Numbered from the stretch's first letter, positions 12,444 through 23,772 are shown. The stretch: DNA of 36,004 nucleotides from Malacoraja senta (GCA_038087875.1 JAXLNO010000153.1:62001-98004), one strand, 5' to 3'. The notes: generated by a model from the letters alone, not told the origin. Numbers and translations: made by a program.

Positions 12444-13556
12444 CAGACTATAGCTCTGCCTTCAACATGGTCATCCCCAACAAGCTCACCACCAAACTCC
12501 ACCAGCTAGGCCTCAGCTCGCCGATATGCAACTGGATCCTGAATTTGCTGACGGAGCGACCGCAGGCAGTGAGACTGGGCCCGCACCTGTCCTCCACTAT
12601 CACCCTGAGTACCGGCACACCACAGGGCTGTGTACTGAGCCCCATGCTCTACTCCCTCTTCACACATGACTGTTCCTGCATTCGACACCAACACCATCGT
12701 CAAGTTTGATCACCAACAGTGATGAAACACACTACAGAGCGGAGGTGCAGAATTTGGCGGATTGGTGCTCAGATAACAACCTGTCCCTCAACACCTCTAA
12801 GACCAAGGAGCTGATTATCAACTTCAGAAGGACACAGAATGGGGAATACGCTCCAATCTCCATCTATGGGGACAGTGTGGAGAGAGTGTCCAGCTTTAGG
12901 TTTCTGGGTGCACACATTTCAGAGGACCTCACATCGTCCATCAAAACCACTGCGCTGGTCAAGAAGGCACAGCAACGACTGTTCTTCCTGAGAACACTGA
13001 AAAAGACTGGTCTGCCCCAACAGCTGTTGACAACCTTCTACCGCTGCACCACAGAGAGCATCCTAACATATGGCATCTCTGTGTGGTATCTCAGTTGCAC
13101 GGAGGCGGTGAATAGAGATCTTCAGCGGGTCGTGCACAGAGCGCAGAAGATAATTGGGACACAGCTACCAGCCTTGGAGGGCACCTACAATACACGGTGC
13201 CTCAGGAAGGCCATCAGCATTCATAAAGACTCCTCACACCCTTGCAATAGTCTGTTCAAACTTCTAGCATCCGGCAGACGTTACAATGCCTTCTACGCCC
13301 GCACCTCCAGGCTTCGGAACAGCTTCATCCCCAGAGCTATAACTGCTCTGAACCGGCCCTGCTGAGTGCCGCCCAATGAACTGTCTCCCTCGGATGGTCA
13401 CGTTGCACATCGACCCGGCACAGACCTATTTGCACTTTATACTGTTTTAACTGTTTTTTTAATCTTGTTTCTCTGGGTCTAAATTTTTAGCTAATTAAGT
13501 TGTCCTTGTACCTCTGTGCAATGACAATAAAAGATATATTATTATTATTATTATTA
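12444..13556 (+). mobile_element. Rex1/Babar-type LINE, 5'-truncated, with (TTA)n tail
   Basis: [73 protein letters not shown] then (TTA)n at ~13527-13556. Confidence 0.9.
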
Positions 13557-13669
13557 ATCCCTATCTTTGTTTCCTGTCTGCCAACCAATTTTCTATCCAT
13601 GTCAGCACTCTACCCCGAATACCATGTGCCCTAATTTTGCCCACTAATCTCCTATGTGGGACCTTATCA
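13557..13669 (-). mobile_element. Short CR1 RT fragment
   Basis: Reverse complement encodes DKVPHRRLVGKIRAHGI...WIENWLADRKQR, matching the CR1 copies at ~3100 and ~17040. Confidence 0.8.
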
Positions 13670-13724
13670 CTGGGTCTTCCCCTTCCCCCTTGAACCAGGT
13701 GACCGCAACTACGCCCCACCCACA

Positions 13725-13806
13725 CCATCAGTCTGAAGAAGGGTCTCGGCCCGAATCTATTCCTTCACTCTATAGATGCTGCCTCACCCGCTGAGTTACT
13801 CCAGCA
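13725..13806 (+). mobile_element. Penelope pseudo-LTR (3' UTR) fragment
   Basis: CAGTCTGAAGAAGGGTCTCGGCCCGAA...GATGCTGCCTCACCCGCTGAGTTACTCCAGCA matches the Penelope 3' UTR at 33450-33540. A second piece lies at ~14060-14172. Confidence 0.8.
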
Positions 13807-13874
13807 TGGGGAGGTGGGGGGGGGGGCAGACGCAAGGAGGGGGTGAGACCTGGTTCTTTGTGATGTCAGGCCAG

Positions 13875-14032
13875 GAAGGCGGGACTTACTCCCATTGGCC
13901 GCTGACGCTGCCCGTCAGAGAGAGGAGGAGGCGGGGCCTGCTCCCATTGGCTGCTGGTGCTGTCCGTCAGAGGGGAGGCGGGACCTGCACCCATTGGCCG
14001 CTGGCATTGCCCGTCAGAGGAGGAGGCGGGAT
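13875..14032. repeat. Three-copy ~45-50 bp GC-rich tandem repeat carrying ATTGG, CGTCA and GGCGGG motifs
   Basis: Unit approximately GGCGGGaccTgCtCCCATTGGCcGCTGgcGCTGcCCGTCAGAGgagGA, seen three times. Confidence 0.85.
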
Positions 14033-14256
14033 ACTGGCCACTCCTAGATCTCACTGCTGATCCTGAAACTTAGCCCATTCCTTCTCTCCAGAGATGCTGC
14101 CTGTCTCACCCAATTACGCCAGCACATTGTGTCTATCTTCGATTTAAACCAGCATCCGCAGTCCCTTCCTCCACGCATTAATCCTTCTGAACCTTCTGAA
14201 TTTGTAGTCGGCAGGGCAGTACTCTGCATATCGCCAACTTGGATGTGTTGTGCAGA

Positions 14257-14700
14257 CTAACGTGCAGTTAATGTCCCCTTAAAACAGTCTAGTGAAGATG
14301 ATTTGACTATATTGTTGTCTAGTTTATTCCATTCCCTTAATGTTCTTACAAAGAATGAGTTCTTATAAATATCTGTCCTGGCGAATGGGGTTTCAATTTG
14401 CAGGACATTTCTCTTTCTTGTTCTCCTTTCTGTTGAGTATGTTATGTATCTATCGGCAGTTATGCCCACTATCCCCTTTTGAATCTTGTACAACATGGCT
14501 AGTCTGTTCCTTGCCCTTCTTGTTTCCAGCGTTTCCTACTCCAGGTCGGACAGCATCTGGGTGGAACTGCTACCTCTATTGTAGATCCTGATGCAAAAGC
14601 GTGCTGCTTTCCTCTGTACCCCTTCTAGTTTGTTGATATGACCAGTTTTTTGTGGGTCTCAGGCGCATGATTCGTATTCCACTGGTGGGCGAAGGGTTGG
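14257..14700 (-). mobile_element. Decayed non-LTR retrotransposon 3' fragment (RTE-X-like)
   Basis: RPPVEY...DP, LEGVQRKAARF, MLYKI, YKNSFFVRTLREWNKL. This is a LINE C-terminus distinct from the CR1, Rex and L1 copies here; the clade is tentative. Confidence 0.6.
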
Positions 14701-14844
14701 AAACTAAGACGCTTGGACAGGGGCGTGGACAAGACTGATTTAGAGGGGAGAATGGACCACAAGTGTATGGGCCATTGGTACCTTCTCAAGATGGCGTTAT
14801 GAACGGCGAGACCCTAACAAGATGGCCGCCATCAACCAGCGCCA

Positions 14845-15508
14845 CTGACGTTTATATCAACGGGTCGATGGTTGAAAGGGTCAAGAGCTTCAAATTCCTA
14901 GGCGTGCACAACTCTGAAGATCTTTCCTGGTCCGAGAACACTGATGCAATTATTAAGAAAGCACATCAGCGCCTCTACTTCCTGAGAAGATTACGGAGAG
15001 TCGGTACAGGTGCACAGTAGAGAGCATGCTGACCGGTTGCATCGTGGCTTGGTTCGGCAACTTGAGCGCCCTGGAGGGGAAAAGACTACAAATAGTAGTA
15101 AACACTGCCCAGTCCATCTTCGGCTCTGACCTCCCTTCTGTCGAGGAGATCTATCGCAGTCGCTGCCTTAAAAAGGCTGGCAGCATCATCAAGGAACCAC
15201 ACCATCCTGGCCACACAGTCATCTCCCCGCTACCTTCAGGAATAGCTACTTCCCCACAGCCATCAGGTTATTAAACTTGGCTCGGACAAAACTCTGAACA
15301 TTAATAGCCCATTATCAGTTATTTGCACTTCATCAGTTTATCTCTTCATGTGTGTATATATTTATTTAATGGTATTTGGACACACGGATCTGTTCTGTAG
15401 TCATGCCTATTATGTTCTGTTGTGCTGAAGCAAAGAAATAATTTCATTGTCCTATCAGGGACACATGACCATAAACTCGCTTGAATCTTGAATCTTGAAT
15501 CTCTTGAA
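14845..15508 (+). mobile_element. Second Rex1/Babar-type LINE 3' fragment with (CTTGAAT)n tail
   Basis: INGSMVERVKSFKFLGV...KKAHQRLYFLRRL, ESMLTGCIVAWFGN; tail CTTGAATCTTGAATCTTGAAT at 15480-15508. Confidence 0.88.
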
Positions 15509-15509
15509 T

Positions 15510-15709
15510 ATTGACGGCGACCCCTCACCAAGATGGCCGCTGGCTGCCGACCAATCAGCGACGCCGACCTCACCTGCCCTCACCAAGGTGGCCGCCCTCC
15601 GGTCCCGTTTCCGCCACCGCCCCAGGCCGAGTCTCCCCATCGACCGCATGAAAATGGCGGCGGAGAAGTGGCAGTTGGTGGCGTCGCTGCCGACGGACCT
15701 GAGGTAAAT
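15510..15709 (+). promoter_or_regulatory. Putative CpG-rich promoter / first exon ending in a splice donor
   Basis: CpG-dense; YY1-type CAAGATGGCCGC (15529) and AAAATGGCGGCGG (15651); CCAAT (15551); donor GAG|GTAAAT at 15703/15704. Two further YY1-like motifs at 14787 and 14818 lie upstream of the Rex insertion. Confidence 0.55.
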
Positions 15710-16182
15710 AATGTTATAAATCAGCAGGGGAGCGGGATCGGGTCAATATGGGGGAGAACTGAGGTAAATCACCACATAAAGTACACGTGTGTGGGGAAAA
15801 CTGGGGTCAAACTCGTTATAAACCTCCCCCTCTTATTCACTGAAGTAAATAACGTTATAAATCAGCAGCGGAGCGAAATAAACCAGGTCTGGGGGAGACC
15901 TGAGGTCAATCTCCACATAAACTACACGTTTGGGGGAATAAACCCGGTCTGGGGGAGACCTGAGGTCAATCTCCACATAAACTACACGTCTGGGGGAATA
16001 AACCCGGTCTGGGGGAGACCTGAGGTCAATCTCCACATAAACTACACGTCTGGGGGAATAAACCCGGTCTGGGGGAGACCTGAGGTCAATCTCCACATAA
16101 ACTACACGTCTGGGGGAATAAACCCGGTCTGGGGGAGACTTGAGGTAAATAATGTTATAAACACACAGGGGAGCGGAATAAA
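15698..16182. repeat. 60-bp minisatellite (four near-identical central units plus degenerate flanking units)
   Basis: Unit CCTGAGGTCAATCTCCACATAAACTACACGTCTGGGGGAATAAACCCGGTCTGGGGGAGA repeats with exact 60-bp period over ~15890-16140. Confidence 0.95.
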
Positions 16183-16800
16183 CTGGGCTGTGGAGTTGTT
16201 CCCAAAACATCCGACCCCAACTCCTATGTAAAATAATTCTAAATCTGCTGTGATGACATTACACAAGTTGGTATTTCATAAAAACCACGTGAATCATCAG
16301 GCTGCCTTTTAAACCCATGTCCATTAAGTTTTGAGTCTAATGGTTGTAGCTATGCTATTGTGGCCTTTTGTTAATGTTTATTCTTGAAATAAAAACCATA
16401 ATTCATTATGCTAAAAGAAAAAAAAATACAGAAAGGACCATGACAAAATTAAAATTCCATTGAATTATAAAAATTATAAAAGCATTACTCCAAAATTTAT
16501 TTAACTAAGGCCACAGGTATGAGCTAAATGGCTAAATTATGACAAAAAAAAACTCATATGAAATAGAAATTAAAAGTAAATGCATAGATAGTTAAGTTTG
16601 CTACAAAAGTACATACCTAAAATTTATTAATAACGTTCTTAGGAACAGAATTGCTTCTGCCAGATCCTCTTTCACTGAAGCCCTTAAATCTGATGTATTT
16701 ATTTTCAGTGCGCAGAACAGTTTCTCCACACGGACGTGAGTGGGTGGTATGGCTGTTACTATCATAGCTGCAAATTTAACTATTTGTGGATAAGTAGGGA
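16183..16800 (-). mobile_element. hAT DNA transposon relic: transposase C-terminal dimerization domain (16798..16601) and 3' terminus
   Basis: Manual translation (not in the ORF track) gives PTYPQIVKFAAMIVTAIPPTHVRVEKLFCALKINTSDLRASVKEDLAEAILFLR, matching the hATC pattern YP..A..P.T.V.VE.LFS.LK....R. Terminus-like CTGGGCTGTGGAGTTG...CCGACCCCAACTCC at 16183-16224. Confidence 0.75.
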
Positions 16801-16802
16801 TG

Positions 16803-18183
16803 ACGGGGAATTATAGACCAGTTAGTCTGACATCGGTGGTGGGGAAGATGCTGGAGTCAATTATTAAATAAGTAATAACGGCTTATTTGGATAGCAGAAA
16901 AGGATTGGTCCAAGTCAGCATGGATTTATGAAGGGGAAATCCTGCTTGACTAATCTGGAATTTTTTGAGGATGTGACAAGTAAAATGGATGAAGGAGAGC
17001 CAGTGGATGTAATGTATCTGGACTTTCAGAAAGCCTTTGATAAGGCCCCACTCAGGAGAATAGTGGGCAAAATTAGAGCACATGGTATTGGAGATAGGGT
17101 ATTGACATGGATAGAGAATTAGTTGGCAGACGGGAAACAAAGAGTAGGAATAAACAGATCCGTGTCAGAATGGCAGGCAGTGGCGAGTGGAGTGCCGCAA
17201 GGCTCGGTGCTGGGGCCGCAACTATTTACAATATATATTAATGATTTAGATGATGGAGTTAAAAGTAACATTAGCAAATTTGCAGATGACACAAAGCTGG
17301 GTGCTAGTGTGAACTGCGAAGAGGATGCTAGAAAGTTGCAGGGTGACTTGGACAGGTTGAGTGAGTGGGAAGATGCATGGCAGATGCAGTATAATGTAGA
17401 TATTGAGAGGTTATCCACTTAGGCGGCAAGAACATGGAGGCAAATAATTATCTCAATGGTGTGAGATTAGGAAAATGGGAAGTCCAACGACACCTGGGTG
17501 TCCTTGTACACCAGTCACTGAAAGTAGACATGCAGGTATAGCAGACAGTGAAGAAAGTTAATGGCATGTTGGCTTTCATAACAAGAGGATTTGAGTCTAG
17601 GAGTAAAGAGGCCCTTCTGTAGTTGTACAGGGACCAGGTGAGACCACATCTAGAGTATTTTGTGCAGTTTTGGTCTCCTAATTTGAGGAAGGACATCCTT
17701 GCTATTGAGGCAGTACAGCGTAGGTTCACGAGGTTAATCTCTGGGATGGTGGGACTGTCATATGAGGAAAGATTGGAAAGACTGGGATTGTTTTCACTGG
17801 AATTTAGGATGAGAGGGAATCTTATAGAAACACATAAAATTATAAAAGGACTGGACAAGCTAGATGCAGCAAAAATGTTCGCAATGTTGGGGGAGTCCAG
17901 AACCAGGAGCTAGAGTCTGAATAAAGGGGAGGCCATTTAAAACTGAGATGAGAGTTGTGAATTTGTGGTATTTTCTGCCACAGAAGGCAGTGGAGGTCAA
18001 GTCACTGGACGAATATAAAAGAGAGATAGATAGAGCTCTTGGGGCTAACGGAATCATGGGATATGGGGAGAAGGCAGGCACGGGTTACTGATTGTGGATG
18101 ATCAGCCATGATCACAATGAATAGCGGTGCTGGCTCGAAGGGCCAAATGGCCTCCTCCTGCACCTATTTTCTATGTTTCTATG
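16803..18183 (+). mobile_element. CR1 LINE 3' part (RT to tail), decayed
   Basis: NYRPVSLTS, YLDFQKAFDK, GVPQGSVLGP, KFADD; ends TTTTCTATGTTTCTATG. Confidence 0.93.
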
Positions 18184-18444
18184 CCCCATCTACACGATAA
18201 ACTCTATCTATTCTCCTCAACATTTTATGCACTTGCAGGGCTTTTATGCAATTATATTGGTGTTATTAATTTATTGAATGTTTGTTTATTGCATGGCATC
18301 TATGAATATTGGGTTAATAGGCCTGTAAATCTGCACTGTAAAAATGTAATTGTTCCACTCAGTACATATGACATCCAAGGAAAGATAGCTAAATGGATAG
18401 AAAATTAGCTTCAAGGAAGGAAGCAGAGGGTGATTGTGGAAGGT

Positions 18445-18987
18445 ACACAAAAATGCTGGAGAAACTCAGCGGGTGCAGCAGCATCTATGGAGCGAAGGAA
18501 ATAGGTAACGTTTCGGGCCGAAACCCTTCTTCAGACTGATAGGGGGTGGGGAGAAGAAAGGAAAAAAGGAAAAGGAGGAGGAGGAGCCCGAGGGTTGGGG
18601 GAGGGGAGGAGACAACCAGATGGCTGATGAAGGGGAGGGGACAGCCAGGGCTAGCAGAATTGGGAGAATTCAACGTTCAGGCCACCAGGGTGTAGACTGC
18701 CCAAGCGGAATATGAGGTGCATTTCCTCCAATTTACGGTGTTGCTCGCTGTGGCCATGGAGGAGACCCAGGACAGAGAGGTCAGATACGGAATGGGAGGG
18801 GGAGTTGAAGTGCTGAGCCACCGGGAGTTCAGGTTGGTTATTGCCGACCGACCGGAGGTGTTCGGCGAAACGATCGCCAAGCCTCCGCTTGGTCTCACCG
18901 ATGTAGATCAGCTGGCATCTAAAGCAGCGAATGCAATAGATGAGGTTGGAGGAGATGCAGGTGAACCTCTGTCGCACCTGGAACGAC
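18445..18987 (-). mobile_element. 5'-truncated Penelope-like element (GIY-YIG plus pseudo-LTR) with 14-bp TSD
   Basis: FTCISSNLIYCIRC..C..IYIGETKRRLGDRFAEH (GIY-YIG). TGATTGTGGAAGGT is duplicated at 18431-18444 and 18988-19001. Confidence 0.93.
18507..18534 (-). ncRNA. Minimal hammerhead-ribozyme-like core in Penelope pseudo-LTR
   Basis: CTGAAGA-A-GGGTTTCGGCCC-GAAAC-GTT: CUGANGA box, stem II, GAAA box and NUH triplet. Confidence 0.6.
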
Positions 18988-20029
18988 TGATTGTGGAAGG
19001 TTGCTTCTCGGACTGGAGGCCTGTTACTAGTGGTGTGCCTCAGGGTTCGGTGCTGGGCCATTACTGTTTATCATCTACATCAATGATTTGCATAAGAACA
19101 TTCAGGGCAAGATTGGCAAGTTTGCTGATGATACAAAAGTGGATAGTTTGCAGATGATTGTGAAAAATTGCAGCAGGATCTGGATCGATTGGCCAGGTGG
19201 GCTGAGGAATGGTTGATGGAATTTAATACAGAGAAATGTGAGGTGTTGCATTTTGGGAAGTCTAACAGGACCTACACAGTGAATAGTAGGCCTCTGGGTA
19301 GTGTTGGAGAGCAGAGGTGATCTATGAGTACAGGAACATAGTCCGTTGAAAGTGGCATCACAGGTAGATCAGATCGTTAAAAAAGGCTTTTGGCACATTG
19401 GCCTTTATCAGTCAGAGTATTGAATATAGAAATTGGACTATCATGTTGCAGTTGTATAAGACGTTGGTGAGGCCACATTTAGAGTTTTGTGTTCAATTTT
19501 GGTCACTATGTTATAGGAAAGATGTTGTCAAGGTGGAAAGGGCACAGAGAAGATTTACGAGGATGTTGCCAGGTCTAGAGGGTCTGAACTATAGGGAGAG
19601 GTTGTGTAGGCGAGGACTCTATTCCTTGGAGCGCAGGAGGATGAGGGGTGATGAGTAAAATCATGAGAGGAATATATCGGGTAGATGCACAGTCTCTTAT
19701 TCACTCCACCTATTATTGTGGATAATTGACCTAAACGTCGTGTGTGGGAGAGATGCCTGCTGTGTTTTTAAAAACAGGTTGTTTTTTAATCGAAATTCAA
19801 TTGCAGAGACATAGCTCCTTGAAAGTGGTGTCACAGGTAGACAGTGTGGTCAAGAAGGCTTTCAGTACATTCGCTGCAATTTTTTTAATGCTTGCTGAAC
19901 ATATTTCTTTTTCTGGGGAGAGTTTAGTTTATTGTCATGTGGACCGAGACATGTGGTCAGCATGGCCTGATTCTCTTCAGTTTAACTTTATAACCATATA
20001 TTCATTCATCTTGAGAACATACATGGCAT

Positions 20030-20345
20030 GATTAGCAAGTTTGCAGATGGTACTAAAGTAAAATTGGTCAGTACAGTGTCAGTGGTTATGGGGAGAAGGC
20101 AGGAAAATTGGGTTAGGAGGGAGAGGTAGACCAGTCATGGTTGAATGGCAGTGTAGATTTGATGGGCCGAATAGCCTAAGTCTGCTCCTACTTGTGGGAG
20201 AGTCTAGGACTAAGGGGTCATAGCCTCAGAATTAAAGGATGTTCCTATAGAAATGAGATGAGGTGGAATTTCTTTAGTCAGAGGGTGTTGAATGTGGAAT
20301 TATTTGCCACAGACGGCGGTCGAGGCCAAGTAGGTGGATAAGGCA
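20030..20345 (+). mobile_element. Jumbled CR1 3'-end fragments
   Basis: TATGGGGAGAAGGCAGG and GAGTCTAGGACTAAGGGGTCATAGCCTCAGAAT match CR1 3' regions elsewhere in the window. Confidence 0.7.
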
Positions 20346-20349
20346 GAGA

Positions 20350-20434
20350 TTTACGGTGTTTCTGAAATTTATGTTGAGGTTGGAGTCAGGACTTTTACCG
20401 ATTCCGACTCCAACAGCACCAAAATTGCTCCGAC
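20350..20434. mobile_element. Probable opposite subterminal region of the hAT relic
   Basis: GGAGTCAGG...CCGATTCCGACTCC...CTCCGAC repeats mirror the motifs at 16190-16224; the terminal TIR itself is missing. Confidence 0.5.
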
Positions 20435-20439
20435 CTGCT

Positions 20440-21865
20440 TTAGAGAGCTCGGAAGAAGGCTGAAAAGCAGGAAATCCAGGGTGGTTTGCTTCCAGTTCCT
20501 CGTGCTGGTGAGGGCAGGAACAGGCAGATAGGGGGATCTGAATGTGCGGCTGAGGAGCTGGTGCAGGGAGCAGCGAATAGATTCTTAGACCACTGTGATC
20601 TGTTTTGGGGTAAGGGTGAATTTTACAAAAGGGATGAGTTGCAGGCGGGGGACCAGCATTCTGGCAGGCAGGGTTTCCACTGCTACATGGGTGGGTTTAA
20701 ACTAAATAGTAGGGGGGGGGAGGGGGGAGACAAATTGGTAATAGAAGGATGGAGTTAAAGGGAAAGAGAATATAGGACAAGTTAAGAAAGACCCCAGAAT
20801 TATCGGGGGCAGAAAGTTCACGAAGGCATAGGAGAATATGACCAAGTGAAATAGGAATCGATGTGAAAGGTGAGGTGAGTAATGCATTAAAAGTATATGA
20901 ATGCACAAAGTATAAGCAATAAAGTGGGTGAGCTTGAGGCTCAGTTAGAAATTGGCAAGTGTGATGTGGGAATTACAGAGACATGGCTGCTACAGGACCA
21001 GGGCTGGGAACTGAATATTCAAGGGTATACATCCTATCAAAAAGACAGACAGGTGGGCAGAGGGGGTGGGGTAGCTCTGTTGATGAGAAATTAAATTCAG
21101 TCCCTTGCGATGGGTGACATAGAATCAGGAGATGTAGAGTCAGTATGGATAGAACTGAGGAATTGTAAGGGTAAAAGGACCCAAATGGGAGTTATCTATA
21201 GGCCCCCAAACAGTAGCCTAGATATAGGGTGCAAGTTGAATCAAGAGTTAACATTGGCATGTCGCAAAGGTAATGCTACGGTTGTTGTGGGAAATTTCAA
21301 CATACAGGTAGACTGGGAAAATCAGGTTGCTACTGGACCCCAAGAAAGGAGTTTGTGCAGTGCCTCCGTGATGGATTCTTAGAGCAGCTTGTACTGGAGC
21401 CAACCAGGGAGAAGGCAATTCTTTCTGGGTTTAGTGTTGTGAAATGAACCGGATTTGATAAGGGAACTCGAGGTAAAGGAGCCATTAGGAGGTAATGACC
21501 ATCATATGATGTTTTAATCTACAATTTGAAAGGGAGAAGGCAAAATCGGAAGTGTCAGTATTATAGTTGAACAAATGGGACTATGGAGCCATGAGTGAAG
21601 ACAAATATGGGTCCCTTGAAGACAGAAACAGGTGAATTTATTATGGGGAACAAGGAAATGGCTGAGACTTTTCCACACAGGTGGGTGTATGGAACGAGCT
21701 GCCGGAGGAGATAGTTGAGGCAGGGACTATCACAACGTTTAAGAGACACATGGACATGTATGTGGATAGGACAGGTTTGGAGGGATATGGGCCAAACGCG
21801 GGCAGGTGGGACTAGTGTAGATTGGGCATATTGGTCGGGGTGGACAGGTGGAGCTAGTGTAGATG
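20440..21865 (+). mobile_element. Decayed CR1: ORF1 end, APE domain, internal deletion, 3' UTR
   Basis: RAGEGRNRQI (ORF1); NAQSISNK...GITETWL, GGGVAL, GVIYRPPNS, GNFN (APE); 3' UTR 21680-21865. A few more UTR bases resume at 23328-23346. Confidence 0.85.
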
Positions 21866-23327
21866 TGTTAAACTGAGTTCTTTTGTCAGTCTAATTCAAG
21901 AAAACTTGATTCAAACCATTGCTGCTGTTGAAATCGATTCTTTATTCAGCGCCGAGACTAATCTCTGAACCTTCCAACACAAAGCTGAAAGCTCCAGGGC
22001 AGGTCCAAAGAATCATTAACTTTGATACAAAATCGAAGCATTTTATAGGTATTAGACAATTATGGTACAGAATGTGTGGCAAACCATTAACCAATCATTA
22101 TGGTTTACCATACAATAGCTTATTTGCATTAACCAATCAACTAAAAAGTCCTTTCCAGTGATTGACAACACGTGTAGTCACATGATTTTCCATTTTCTGG
22201 CCTCTTTACAACCCTTGCTTCCTCTGTGGTTTTCTTTACCCTCTTTGTTCAAAATCATTTTATTTCAATGAAGTAAAACCACAGAAAAATAAAATCAATT
22301 CTCAGAGACCACCTCTCAGAATATAAAAGACACATCATACAGCAATCACACAATACATACACACAAAACACATATTTTCACTTTTGGAAAAGAAAGTTAT
22401 TTCTAAAACTTCCGATTTAAACAAAGTCTAATATGTTCGGCACGGACTTGAAGGGCCGAGATGGCCTGTTTCCGTGCTGTTATGGTTATAATACTTACAA
22501 TCCTAATTAAAACGCAATACACTTCACAAATAATTTCCCTACAACTACATTGTTAAAATACAGTTACTTATGGATTACAAAAATTAAATATGAGTTTTGT
22601 CCCATTTTTACAAAGTCGGCAAAGACTTGTAAGATATTTCTAATCACACAATTCCCAACTCCAAGCACACAAAGGCCATAAACTTGTCACACTTGTTAAA
22701 TGATAATTGCCTCTTACCAAGCTCAGGTTTAGTTTCATTCTGAATTACAACCTCCCCCTGCTATCTCTAGCGGAGAGGAATGTAAGGCCTCTTTATGACT
22801 TCTCACTAATAGCATTCCACACAGCAAATGGAAGTTTACTATATGCAGACCCCAATCGTTTGGCTTAGAGCAGACAGAGTTACTTTCTCAGTTTTCTATA
22901 AACATAAGAAATCACCCTTATACAAAGGTCACATAACCATCACCTATGCCTTATCTCTTATCTCAACATAAGTACATTTAAACATAGCACAAACCAAATC
23001 GCAGACTGTATTATCTAGCCTTGCTGTCTAAGACCCAGTATAAACAACCATACACCCTCTTTGTGACACACTGGAGCTCAGAGATGTGTCACAAAGAAAG
23101 AACAAATGGTGGCTATGTTCTGGGAAGAGACCCCATTAACAACCTACACTCTAAACACCAAACTAAACCAAATACAACCTCTGACAGCGTTATAGTTGCT
23201 TCAAAGCAAACAAAGCTATGCCTATTCAGATCAACATTTCCATGTTATGATAAGCCATCTATTCTCCTGTGTGTGTTCTTTGTACTTTTTTTCTTTGTGG
23301 GGACATGTATTTCTGAAAACCCCAACG
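21866..23327 (-). mobile_element. Putative long solo LTR (ERV-like), antisense
   Basis: Ends TGTT...AACG (TG..CA with one mismatch). Minus-strand CTATAAAA (22041-22048) with AATAAA ~100 nt downstream (21941-21946). CCAAT and octamer motifs in the U3-like part. It interrupts a CR1 3' UTR. No TSD resolved. Confidence 0.55.
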
Positions 23328-23345
23328 TATTGGCCGGCGTGGGCA

Positions 23346-23597
23346 AGTTGGGCTCTCTCTCTCCCTCTCACTCTCTCTCTCCCTCCCTCCCCCTCTCTCA
23401 CCCTCCCTCCCTCTCTATCTCTCTCTGTACCTCTAACTCTCTCTACTCTATCTCTATCTCTCTCTCGCTCTCTATCTCTCTTTCTCTCGCTATCTCTCTC
23501 TGTCTCTCTATCTACCTCTCTCTATCTCTCTGTCTCTCTCTGTCTCTATCTCACTAACCATCTCTCTATCTCTCTATATCTCTTTCTCTTTATCTCT

Positions 23598-23631
<34 letters not shown>

Positions 23632-23711
23632 TTTCCCGCTCTATCTCTATCTCTCTCTATCTCTGTCTTTCTCTCTGTCTCTCTGTCTCTCTCTGTCTCC
23701 CTCTGTCTCTC

Positions 23712-23772
<61 letters not shown>

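Larger units (their letters stand above)
18371..19700 (+). mobile_element. CR1 LINE fragment (second subfamily), interrupted by a Penelope insertion
   Basis: WIEN...RKQRVIVEG|CFSDWRPVTSGVPQGSVLG, KFADDTK, RPHLEFCVQFW. Confidence 0.88.

Noticed and set aside
15890..16140. Regular repeats as a CRISPR-like array or repeat-protein gene (also 30826-31150)
   Set aside because: Units are head-to-tail with no unique spacers, in a eukaryotic context. The periodic ORFs follow from unit lengths divisible by 3.
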